Positions 10,702 to 20,865 of a DNA stretch of 45,191 bases are shown here, one piece after another. The position numbers and the translations under genes were made by a program. Source of the stretch: Craspedostauros australis (Eukaryota); contig JALAGF010002785.1 of assembly GCA_030167865.1 (NCBI GenBank), positions 1 to 45,191 of the forward strand, in the 5' to 3' direction. The notes under the pieces were generated by a model. It had not been told where the DNA came from. It searched no databases and saw only the letters and a program-made list of their open reading frames with translations. Every line of letters begins with the position of its first letter. Position 1 is the stretch's first letter.

Positions 10702-11952
10702 ATGGTGATCTTGAGCAGAGGAGGCGATTCCGATACCACTTTGGTCGGCCTGGTGGATGATCAGCAGGAGCAGAACAAGTTCAACGCCGATCTGCTGGTG
10801 CATCACGATGATGCCACGGACATCGGCCTTCCGGGGTTCGATGACGACAGCGACTGCGGCAGCGACCTGTTCAGCGGCATCGCAAGACCGGAGCGGTCCA
10901 CATCGCTGCGCATCAATGCAAAGAGCACCCTCAGCCTTCCGACGTCTCCATCGGCATCCTGCGATGCCCACCTGACCTCCGACTCCGCAGACTACCAGCA
11001 GCTGGTGGAGAGCTCCAAGCGCAGCCTCTGCGGGAGGGAGCCAGTGCGCTTCGATGCCCACAGCACGGACGAACGCATCGTCTACGTCGATCAGCGCGAA
11101 GTCGCCCACGCAACCCAATCGCAGACGGACTGGCTGGTCACCCATCACGCCACCACTTGCCACATGCTGGCCATCCGCTCCACCTCCTCCAACGCGCAGA
11201 ACCAGCCGCTCAGCACCCTCACGCACATTGACTCCGTGGAGTGCGACGCCTGCGTCCGCGACATCCTCGAGAAGCACGCGTCCTTCCACGGCAGTCACAA
11301 CAACAGCGACATCCAGATGGACATCCATCTCGTGGGCGGCTTCGTCGAGGATGAGCACTCATCCAACATCACCCAGGAGTCAAGGGCCCTCACCGACTGC
11401 ATCCTCAACGGCCTGGCCGACTTCTCCCTGGCGACCGACATGGTCATGAACCTGCGAACTTGCCTGGTCTCCACTGCCAACACCAGGTGGAACGGAGGCC
11501 CCATGATCCGCGGCGTCGCCCTGCAGACCAGCACGGGACTGCTCGTGCCGGTCGATCGCGTCGATGAGGACCTGTGCGGACCCAAGCCGCATCTGCGCCA
11601 GGCGCGCCTCTGGTCCTGCGAACCATCCGTCAAGCCCCACTTGACCCTCATCCACGACAGAGGCAACGATGCCGTCTTCACCATCCAGCCTTTCACCTAC
11701 AGCTGGAACGCCGACCTGGAGTGGCTGTCGCGTCTTCCCAGCGACCTCCACCTCCTGCATTACACCTCCACATCGCCACAGTACGAGGATCCGGCAGAAT
11801 TTTGCACCATGATTCGATCCACCTTGAGCTACATGAAGCGCAACCGCGACGCACAGCCCAACAGCACCTTGCTGACGTACAAACGCGTCGGCATGACGAA
11901 TCGATGGGAGCCAGTCTCCAAGACACCAACCCCAACATCTTTGAAGCAGTGA
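10702..11952 (+). CDS. NTAN1: Protein N-terminal asparagine amidohydrolase (N-degron pathway)
   Basis: NTAN1-family motifs in the expected order: IVYVDQREVA, ATTCHMLAIR (catalytic Cys), LTHIDS (catalytic His), DIHLVGGF, IQPF, YTSTSPQYE. Strong GC3 codon bias. Confidence 0.9.
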   Translation: MVILSRGGDSDTTLVGLVDDQQEQNKFNADLLVHHDDATDIGLPGFDDDSDCGSDLFSGIARPERSTSLRINAKSTLSLPTSPSASCDAHLTSDSADYQQLVESSKRSLCGREPVRFDAHSTDERIVYVDQREVAHATQSQTDWLVTHHATTCHMLAIRSTSSNAQNQPLSTLTHIDSVECDACVRDILEKHASFHGSHNNSDIQMDIHLVGGFVEDEHSSNITQESRALTDCILNGLADFSLATDMVMNLRTCLVSTANTRWNGGPMIRGVALQTSTGLLVPVDRVDEDLCGPKPHLRQARLWSCEPSVKPHLTLIHDRGNDAVFTIQPFTYSWNADLEWLSRLPSDLHLLHYTSTSPQYEDPAEFCTMIRSTLSYMKRNRDAQPNSTLLTYKRVGMTNRWEPVSKTPTPTSLKQ

Positions 11953-12616
11953 ACCGGCACAACCACAACAGAAGCATGCGCTCACTCGAGTGCGTTCGTG
12001 GTTTGTCAACAATTTTGAACAATGTAAATATTTTGATACGATAGCAACATACACTTTTTGATACAATACTACCGCAGATGCGCACAAACATCCCAAGTCT
12101 ACTCTACTCAAGAGAGCGTTAGCAGGTACGAGCACAAGGGTTCTCCAGAGTGGTCTGCACCTAATCCAGATAGCATGGCCCCTTTTCTATCATCAAATGT
12201 TCGCTGTGCTTCAAGAAACATCGCCGAAACAAAACAATTAACCGAAGTTCGTGGAGTGACTTTTGTGTCTCGAAATCTTGTGTTGTTTCTTGTTGGTGCG
12301 TTCTGTGAGCCACGTATTGTTGTTGTTGGTCGGTGGTGGTGGTGATAGTTCTGACGCCAAGGAGAACAAGAGCAACCTCCGATCCATCCATCCATTCATT
12401 CATCTGTCCATCTATCCATCAACGCACGAGTACGAGTACGAGTACGAGCCACGACCATCCATAGATCCAACTGTCCGAATCAGCGGGCTGCGACATCCAT
12501 CACTTTGGTTCTTCATCGGAACAGAATTCATGGCCAGAACTCCGGCTTCATGATTCTCAGAACAATCACGTGGTTCACGTCACATGAGGAATCCATCATC
12601 CAGGTGCGCTTCATCA

Positions 12617-13759
12617 ATGATGACGGTGGTCAGGATGATGATGATGATCATGACGATGATCATGACGATGTTGGCGGTTCTCCTCGCAACCTGCCTGCCC
12701 GTCGCATCGAGCGCTTGGGTGCCCGATGACATGCACACCTACGCCGACAACCACCGCTTCCAGCGCAAGGTGGAGGCCACGCAGGACGGCGGCGTGGGTG
12801 GAGGTCGCGGGCTTCTGGCCATGCAGGACGTCAAGCCGAAGGAGGTGCTGCTCACGATACCCCTCAGCAAGATGCTGCAGCTGCGCAGCACGGACGAGAC
12901 GGAGACCGATCGCAACTGGCAGGGCATGATGGCGGTCAAGCTGTGCCAGGAACTGCGCCAAGGAGCCGCATCGCCGCATGCCGAGTACCTCAAATCCCTG
13001 CCCACCGAGGCGCCGCTCGTTCTGCATCGTTGGACGCAGGACCAGGTCGCCCAGCTGCACAATGCCACCGTGCATCAGATCGCTCACGACAGCGCCGTGT
13101 GGGCAAGCAATCAGTACGACCGCCACGCAAGGGACCTCGGCATCCCGCAACACACCTTCTACGAGATGCTCGACATGGCGGGATCCCGCACCTTCCGAAG
13201 ATCCTCCAACGGCCTGCGTCTCATGGTGCCCTTCGTGGACTTTGCCAACTACGCCCCGGCGCGTGACAACGGCGGCACGATCCTCATTGGCCAGCGCGTC
13301 GTGGAGATGATGGCGGGGCCCCACGGTGCCAAGCAAGGCGAAGAGATTTTCGTGGACTACGGCTCGTTGACCAGCGACGAGTTCCTGCAGTACTACGGCT
13401 TCGTGCCGCACGATGTTCTTCACGATACCATCGCCGTAGATGTTCACGGACCGTCTGGAGTGTCGACAGCCACAGCGACAAGCACGGCGACAAACACGGC
13501 GGCCGTGGTTGTGGGGTGGAAGGATTGCGAGGCTGGCGTTGGGCATTGCGATCCTGGCATCCGAAAGGCCTGTCGGGACATGCTTGATGCGTTGCCCACG
13601 TCATTGCAGCAGGATCTGGCGGAGCTCGATTCCCTGAGCACGGATGAGTACACCACGCAGCACATGGCGTTGGGATACCGCATTGCCAAGAAGCGGCTGC
13701 TGAATGCCGCCATTGGCAGCAACAATCAATCCGATGCGTCCCTCTCGTCTTCAGTCTGA
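12617..13759 (+). CDS. SET-domain protein, Rubisco LSMT/SETD3-like, probably plastid-targeted
   Basis: GRGLLAMQDVKPKEVLLTIP (SET N-terminal motif), EYLKSLP, MVPFVDFANY, GEEIFVDYG..SDEFLQYYGFV, and a C-terminal LPTSLQQD..ALGYRIAKKRLL resembling the LSMT substrate-binding domain. Hydrophobic leader ends ASSA|WVP. Start is ambiguous (12584, 12617 or a later Met). Confidence 0.85.
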   Translation: MMTVVRMMMMIMTMIMTMLAVLLATCLPVASSAWVPDDMHTYADNHRFQRKVEATQDGGVGGGRGLLAMQDVKPKEVLLTIPLSKMLQLRSTDETETDRNWQGMMAVKLCQELRQGAASPHAEYLKSLPTEAPLVLHRWTQDQVAQLHNATVHQIAHDSAVWASNQYDRHARDLGIPQHTFYEMLDMAGSRTFRRSSNGLRLMVPFVDFANYAPARDNGGTILIGQRVVEMMAGPHGAKQGEEIFVDYGSLTSDEFLQYYGFVPHDVLHDTIAVDVHGPSGVSTATATSTATNTAAVVVGWKDCEAGVGHCDPGIRKACRDMLDALPTSLQQDLAELDSLSTDEYTTQHMALGYRIAKKRLLNAAIGSNNQSDASLSSSV

Positions 13760-14524
13760 GCCTATTACTTGCGTGTGAGTGTGTTTGTGCGTGCGTGCTT
13801 GCGTTTGCGCACGTTTATCTTTAATCTTGCTTTAGCTGTCGTTTGATACAGTACAATAATAGACCAGAATGGAATACTCCACTCTACGGTGCTCTCCTCT
13901 GGTGCTGTTATATGTTTTTTTCAATCAATTCATAGTGATGGTATGGAGACAACACTACCATAATCTGCAGAATGCCAAGGATGGAGCCACAACACATCAA
14001 CCTTTGACGATATCTATATTCATGTTTATAGCACGTGCGTTTATCCGTGAATGTGTCGATACAAGACTAAGTAGGTCACGAGTCTGCTCCAACGAGCGAA
14101 CACATTTCGCTCCACCTTTGTTCTTGCCAGCGCATCATCCAAGTTCGCATGTTCGATTCACACACATCAGAGAGAGCCATCACAGGACAAGACCTCTGTT
14201 GGTTCCTTCGTCGGAACTTGCTGGTTGCAATGATGATGATGATGGCGATGGCGATGACGCTTCCCCAAGCAAGGTTGCATTCAGTGAATCGGGAACCATA
14301 ACATAGCCGGTGAGAGAGTTGCGGAGGAGCTCATTGCGGGATTGGCTTCATCCGCAAACTCGTGAGTTCACGACTAAACCAACAACACTCGAGTAAAGCT
14401 ACTCCATCACAAGCAGTGCGAATGAGAGCATAAAACTTCCAATACTCATAATCCTATTCAGAGCACTTGACACATTCTATTATATTATATTACACAACCA
14501 CTCACTTGGACAACGCGGCTAACA

Positions 14525-15760
14525 ATGAAGACAATGGACAACACTGATCGGAGAGGTGGTGCGAGATTCGGCTTGCGTCGTCATCGATTGCCGATGCAGA
14601 TGTGGATAATGTGTTCGCAACTCCTCATCACAACGATGGTGATGACGATGATCCCATTCATGGGCACTGCCAACAATCAACAGCAACGCGCTGCGTCCTG
14701 CGGCTTTGCGACGGCATCTACGCTCAAGACCGTCGTCGTGGACCGATCCAAGCTTGCGCGCAGGCATGAGCATCCCACAGCATTTCAAATACCGCAATCG
14801 ACATCGAGCAAAGCAGCGACGAAAGAAGCGGAACGGCCATCGCAAACCGGCGACTCGCATCATCTCCGTTTGGTGGGCGACATGCGCGTCAGCAGGATCA
14901 TCAACAGCGCAGAGCCGACTGCCGATAGCCAAGGACGACCGAGGACATCGAATGCTGCCTCGGGTGCGTCTATCACAGAATTCCTCTCCAGTGTTGCGAG
15001 CGACCGAACTTTGCTGGGTGGTGCGCCGGGCATCGAACAGCAGGAAGATGGATCCTACCTGGCGCCGCAAGCGAAGATTGGGTTGTTTGGCTTGAATCTG
15101 GTCCCCGTTTCCGTCACGCGGTTGTATCGCACATTGCTGCCATCGAACCAACCAATTGCCGACGAGCGCAACGAACGCAACAAAGGCATTCAGATTCGCG
15201 TTGCCGTCGAGAACACGCATATCAAGGTGGAAAAGCCGGCCGATCAACGGAACGACAATCGCAAGAAGAAGCGCAGCACCGAGCAACACAGCGACGACGT
15301 GTCATCCCAAGGCAATCAGAAATTCAGCTTCGCGGAGATGTTGAAGGGATCCAACATTGTCGGAGGTTCGTTGGTGACTGCCACTCCGCGATATCATCAC
15401 GCTGAAAGTTTTGCACGAGATGATGACAACAGTAACATCGCGAATGCTATCAACAATCAGCATCAGCATCAACCGGACTCGTGGGAGGTGTCTGTAGATT
15501 TACAGTTGGAAGTCCAGCTGCAGATACCCAAGTCCATACCGCTTCCTCCAGGCTTACGCACCTTGGGAAAGCGCGCGCTGCAACGCCAATGCAGAACACA
15601 TGGTGAAGACCTGTTGGATGAGATCACGGACGCGTTTCGGGATTGGGAGCGCGAGCACTATCATCGTAGTGGTTCTGCGAGCACCGATGCAGCGCTAGTC
15701 TCACGCAAGGTTCCACAGCGTACGCAACCGCTGTCGCAGATATGCGGCGCGGTCTTTTGA
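14525..15760 (+). CDS. DUF1997-like protein, possible plastid presequence
   Basis: YLAPQAKIGLFGLNLVPV and C-terminal VSVDLQLEVQLQIPKSIPLPPGLRTLGKRALQ...LLDEITDAFRDW resemble the DUF1997 family from recall. Hydrophobic N-terminus followed by SCG|FAT. True start may be the ATG at 14594. Confidence 0.6.
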   Translation: MKTMDNTDRRGGARFGLRRHRLPMQMWIMCSQLLITTMVMTMIPFMGTANNQQQRAASCGFATASTLKTVVVDRSKLARRHEHPTAFQIPQSTSSKAATKEAERPSQTGDSHHLRLVGDMRVSRIINSAEPTADSQGRPRTSNAASGASITEFLSSVASDRTLLGGAPGIEQQEDGSYLAPQAKIGLFGLNLVPVSVTRLYRTLLPSNQPIADERNERNKGIQIRVAVENTHIKVEKPADQRNDNRKKKRSTEQHSDDVSSQGNQKFSFAEMLKGSNIVGGSLVTATPRYHHAESFARDDDNSNIANAINNQHQHQPDSWEVSVDLQLEVQLQIPKSIPLPPGLRTLGKRALQRQCRTHGEDLLDEITDAFRDWEREHYHRSGSASTDAALVSRKVPQRTQPLSQICGAVF

Positions 15761-16858
15761 TCCAATTGGTGGCGGGTTGAATTTGACGACATCGCCATAC
15801 GGGGACCATAGATCGTACTCATACTCTGCGCTCAATGTTCACACAGCAGTAGCCTAACGTTTAGACACAAATTGTACTGTACCGTTAACATGCTATTCAG
15901 ATCACACATAACCACTCTATGGGCATTGGTATTTCATGCAATATGCTTGAGTCGGATCGTTCATGGTCGTTGTGCCCATGTCGTTGGGATCACTGGTGGC
16001 TCCAAGAGGGATGCATCACCTGAGGTAGATCAAATTCGGAGATTCGCCCTCTGGAAGTTAGTGGTAAATTATTGCTGGTGTTAATTCTAATTTGTTCTGT
16101 TTCTATTGTGTCGTATGTGTGTCGTAGAGACGTTTGAAGCGACCTGTAGTAAGTTATAGCGATATACTAATTATTTCAAAAATACACCAACAACCAAGCA
16201 CGGCGAACGTCATTTCCGCGGTGAGATCCACGGTCGGAATGACGCCAACGTCCGTTTCAACCAGGCAACGGTCCAAGCCTGCACCAGTCAATAATCTCAC
16301 ACTTCAACATGGTTGGTCCATGCTGTCATAGTAGGTAGAGTGACAGCCTCCTCGTCCCATGATTCTGAACAATGTTGGTGTGATGTTCATGAAGATCAGT
16401 GCATTGAACAACGTGGTCGACAGACCGACATTCAGAATCGGGTTGAAGCAATCCGGGTTGTCCCTGTTGAATTCTTGCCATAGCGCAGCAAGCTTTTCCT
16501 TTGTACGGCGCTCTACGGAGCCCAAACTATGACAAGGACATGGAACCGCGACGAAGTGTACCTTGCTCAAGACAGATTGGAAACAGATTGAAATGCGGTG
16601 ATATTACTCTCTATGATGCCATTGTCGAGAGCGCGAAGATTCAACCATCAATGCGTCTGTCAGATTGCTGTCATACTTGAGCTTGCTGGGTGAGAATTGG
16701 GCTGCAGACTTGACGGTCTCAGACAACGATTCAAACTGCTTGGTTTCGAATCATTATCATTTTGGTTGACATCTCATGGCGCCCACGTATGAGCTGAGAG
16801 CAGACTTGCTCCATTTTATTCGTGCTCCATTGTAACACTCCATTCTCACGTTTCACTC

Positions 16859-18209
16859 TTACTTGGTTTGGGCTGCGACGGCACCGATGCGTTGACGGAC
16901 TTCATCCAGATCACCCAAGTAAAGCCCCTGCAAGGGTGCGATGGCATTCGGGTGGGGGATTGGCTTCATAGTGTCCTCATCGAGCTCGTACACGAGCGGC
17001 ACTCCCGTTGGGATGTTCAAGCCAACGATGGCATCCTCCGAGATGCCGTCCAGGTGCTTGACCAAGGCGCGCAGCGTGTTGCCGTGCGCGGCGATGATGA
17101 TGCGCTTTCCCGATTTGATCGCGGGGATGAGCTCCTCCTCCCATTCCACCATGAAGCGCTCCTCCGTGAGCTTGAGGGATTCGGCCTTTGGGAGGTCCTC
17201 CTTTGGAACGTCCGCGTAGCGTGGATCGCCGTTGCCCGGGTAGTGCTCCGACGATTCGTCGATCTCCGGCGGTGGGATGTCGTAGGATCGACGCCAGATG
17301 AGGACCTGGTCCTTGCCATGCTTGTCGACTGTCTCCTGCTTGTTGAGACCCTGCAGGGCACCGTAGTGACGCTCGTTCAGCCTCCACTTGTTGATGATCG
17401 GGATGTACATGCAATCGAGCTCCTCCAGGATGATCCACAAGGTTTTGATCGCGCGCTTGAGCGTCGATGTGTAGGCCAGATCGAAGGTGTACCCGGCCTC
17501 GTGCAAGAGCTCTCCGCCGGCCTTTGCTTCTTCGATGCCTTTTTCGCTGAGCGGGCAGTCGTACCAGCCGGTGAATTTGTTCTCGTTGTTCCACGTCGAT
17601 TCACCATGGCGCACGAGGACCACCTCGTAAGACATCTGCAACGCCGACGACGACGATGTTGACGATGATGCCTGGCTGCGCTTACCATTTGCAGAGGAGG
17701 GTAGTGATTATCGTCACGGTACAATGCATGCATGGCAGAACAAGCCAAATGTTTGCAATTCCAAATGACGAATGCAGTCACAATTTGCAGTCACAATTTG
17801 TAGTTGCATGCGTATGATAGAGAGAGAGAGAGTTGTGTTTCCATTATTCGTTGTCGCAAAGCCACAGTCGATTGTAGAGTATCGGTATATCGTTTCAAAG
17901 TTGGCCCATTCCATCGTTGGCCCATTCCATTTCCATTGCCCAAATCATATGAAAGAAAACGATCGAGGAGAGCAATTCAGTGTGAGAACACTTCAACGAG
18001 AATGGAACAGATGCAACAGCGGCAGCTCTCGAGCAGCACAGCACAACACGTGCATGCATGCGTATGGAAGGACACCTCCAGGCTGGGGAAGGAAGAGGCA
18101 CTCACCGGGACTGGACGGAAGTTCCGAGGAAGGATCTGCCAGCAGAAGGCGACGCCGTAAAGGCAGATGCCGTCGCGGCAAGCGATGAAAGGAGCAGGAC
18201 GAGTCTCAT
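16859..18209 (-). CDS. PGAM: 2,3-BPG-dependent phosphoglycerate mutase with bipartite plastid presequence; exons 18209-18106 and 17675-16859
   Basis: [47 protein letters not shown] and LNIPTG motifs. Upstream exon encodes [34 protein letters not shown] and ends at a GTGAGT donor (18105). The CAG acceptor at 17676 restores frame: CG|C CAG GCA TCA... gives [19 protein letters not shown]. Confidence 0.93.
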
Positions 18210-19083
18210 GGTGCTGTTTCGTGTATGTGTTGCGTTGGACGTTGCTCGTGAAGTGCGGCCAAGGATTCAGAAGTGAGCCAAGACAATGGCGGTGGTGATG
18301 GCGATGGTAGTGGTGATGTGATGCTGAGGTTGAGATTGAGATTGAGATCGAGGTTGATGGGTCTCCCTCTTGACGATTGATGCCGATTGTGGTGGCAGAT
18401 CCAAACAGAATCTTTCAGTTTCGTTGCAATTGCGCACTCGATTCGGTGGTGTCAATTCGTTTCCAATCAAAAAGATTCTGGGATTCTCGTTTTAGTCATG
18501 TAAATCGACTCTCGGATTCCTATGACCTCAAGTAGTGCTTGATTCAGTCGATCAAATGATTCACAATGACAGACAACAATTTTGAAATCAGCAACGGCTT
18601 CTTTTGCCGCCACAACATTGCCGTCTTTCGTGTTGACCGTCATTGCCACAATCAACAAGAGACCCTCCTTCCCCCATTCCTTCGTCGTTCATCATCCTCA
18701 TCAAGTATTCTACGATCTATTGTACTCATCGAGACAAGTAGCACTCTGGAGCTCGCACCGAACAACCACAGCATCTTTGTTGAGAAATTCCAGCGTCGCC
18801 TTGCGAGTAAAATACGATTCTGCTCGTCGAGATTCTCGTTGCTTTATCACGCAACAACATTCACTGGCTCGTGCAGCAGCGCAAAGACAGCTCTTCGTCT
18901 CGCCCGTCCAACCGCTCGTTTGTTGACTCAACTAAGCAACTGACAAAGCAAGCAATCAATCAATCAATCAACGAACACTGCCATCGGTCCCATCATACCA
19001 AGCACAGGGTCCACGAGAACAGACGGCTCGCTAACCAAGTCCAATAGCTGCTGCGACCGCAAGCATAGTCACAATCACACAGG

Positions 19084-19635
19084 ATGGGTTTTGGAATGTA
19101 AGTGGCGCTGGCTGCTCTTCCATTTCAGTTCAGGCAGCATGTTCAATGGAAGATTGCCAATCATCTGCATGTCGCATGACACTCTACATGTAATCGTACT
19201 GGTAATGCATTTTCCGAATTTCTGGAATTTTGCTTCGTCTCGTCTCACCGTCTGCTTCTTGCCACGTTCATCCGCGCACATTCTTTCGCCCGAATTCCAA
19301 CTGCCACGCCATCATACCACAACCCAACTCATGATGCTATCATCACCTCCATCACGTATTTTTCGCAATACAGCTTGTCAGAAGAACAGAATCGTGAGAC
19401 GGGCCGACGGCTAGTCATCGCCACGGGCTTCATGTTCACTCTGCCCTTCGTCGCCTTCTTCATCGGCCAGTACATCTTCCAGAACAAGAAGGAGCCTGAC
19501 AACTGGGCCGGTGGCATGGCCATCATCATGACCAACATCATCGTGGGGGGATACTGCTATATGGCCTTCAACGAGGACGGCGACGGTGAAGACTCCGTGC
19601 CCAAGGTCGGCGTCTTTAAGCAAAGAGTGGACTGA
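19084..19635 (+). CDS. VMA21: V-ATPase assembly factor VMA21; exons 19084-19097 and 19374-19635
   Basis: Two-TM pattern LVIATGFMFTLPFVAFF...GGMAIIMTNIIVGGYCYMAFNE typical of VMA21. The ORF-track start is TTG directly after a CAG acceptor. Upstream ATGGGTTTTGGAAT|GTAAGT joins in frame to give MGFGILSEEQ (intron 19098-19373, 276 nt). Confidence 0.85.
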
Positions 19636-20274
19636 TCCATGCCTCCATCCATCCGTCAATCTATCTGTCTCTCTCTCGTGTATACACCGTTTGTCATCAG
19701 CATACAATTCGTACTCGTACACAGAGAGTGCGTATCCCAGTGATTTTACGGTAGAGAGTATAATACGTAATTGTAGAATATAGAATCGTACTCAACTGCA
19801 TTCGCGCAACGTGTCATTTCATTAGCATGACTCGAATTGGGAGCTACTTGTGGAGTCCGGCACTGCACTTCATTTCACTCCAGTTCTCTCTGGAGAGAGA
19901 GAGAGTATGTGTGTACCATATGACTCCAGAGAGGCTGGGTGAGGTGCAAGCGGCAGGATGAGTCATACTTGCATCAATGGATGCGAATATCATCCAAGCA
20001 TGGCAGAATTATCTTTGAGTACTATGCTGCAATGCAGTATACTCTGTTTGCATGTAGCTTGTACATAGATGCTTCTCTCTCTCCTGTGCTCCATCCCAAG
20101 CATAGCTATAATCTCGATGTGTTGGGAAGTAAGTATGAAGTATGCTTGCGAAAGTGCTCATGCGAAGTTGCCAATGACCCTTCGACTTCGAATTGGAGTA
20201 TTCTCCCGCAGTTCTTTGCATATCCATGATGCCCAAATGAAGAGATACTTTGGTTCCGCCCTCTAGATCTCTCT

Positions 20275-20865
20275 CTAGATGAGGCTGTCCTCTCCGATCT
20301 GCAGAATCATGCCATCCCATCTCCGGCTCGTATCGACCTTTTGGAATGAGAGATTCACGACGGGAATCATGGCGGCACCGTCCTCAGTGTCGAACTTGGC
20401 CGTCTCCGGATCGATCGTGCCTCGCAGGATGGCGGACCACACCACGCGTCCAAATGCGGTGATGGAAATGGTAGTGGTGGAGAACAGCACGGCCAAGCAG
20501 GCCGAGGGCTGTCCGCGCAGTCCGGGAATCGCCAACGTCGCCGAAACGGTCTCCCCCGTCTCCGTCCAGAAGCAGCCCTCATCATCCACCTCCGTCAGCC
20601 GCGACGTTGATTGATACCCCGACGTCTCCATGCCCTGCAGCAATGCCGTGGGCAGCGGGGCATTCAAATCGTCCATGGTCAATCCCAACGCGGAGACATC
20701 CAATTCCGTGCTTTCCTCTCCTTTTGCGGCGGATGACAGCGCGGTCGTCGTCGTCGTCGTCGTCGTGGACAGTGCGTTTGCGACGGAGCGTTGCACTGCA
20801 AAGGCAGAAACGTTGCGTGTCGCGACGCACAGCGTCAAACCGAGAATGCATGACGTGATCTTCAT
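20275..20865 (-). CDS. Plastid-targeted CS-domain (p23/NudC-like, HSP20-like fold) protein
   Basis: Signal peptide + VSA|FAV + Ser/Thr-rich transit peptide. CS-like pattern CFWTETGETVSATLAIP...VVWSAILRGTIDPETAKF...VNLSFQK....RWDG. Confidence 0.75.
   Translation of the reverse strand: MKITSCILGLTLCVATRNVSAFAVQRSVANALSTTTTTTTTALSSAAKGEESTELDVSALGLTMDDLNAPLPTALLQGMETSGYQSTSRLTEVDDEGCFWTETGETVSATLAIPGLRGQPSACLAVLFSTTTISITAFGRVVWSAILRGTIDPETAKFDTEDGAAMIPVVNLSFQKVDTSRRWDGMILQIGEDSLI

Noticed and set aside
10639..13546. Long antisense ORFs (10639-11358, 11380-12135, 12614-13546); also 16868-17662 and 34751-35584
   Set aside because: Shadow ORFs opposite real high-GC3 genes, expected from codon bias.
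19615..19635. VMA21 lacks a C-terminal KKxx ER-retrieval signal (ends KQRVD)
   Set aside because: Absence of the dilysine motif is already known in other VMA21 orthologues such as human, so it is not unusual.
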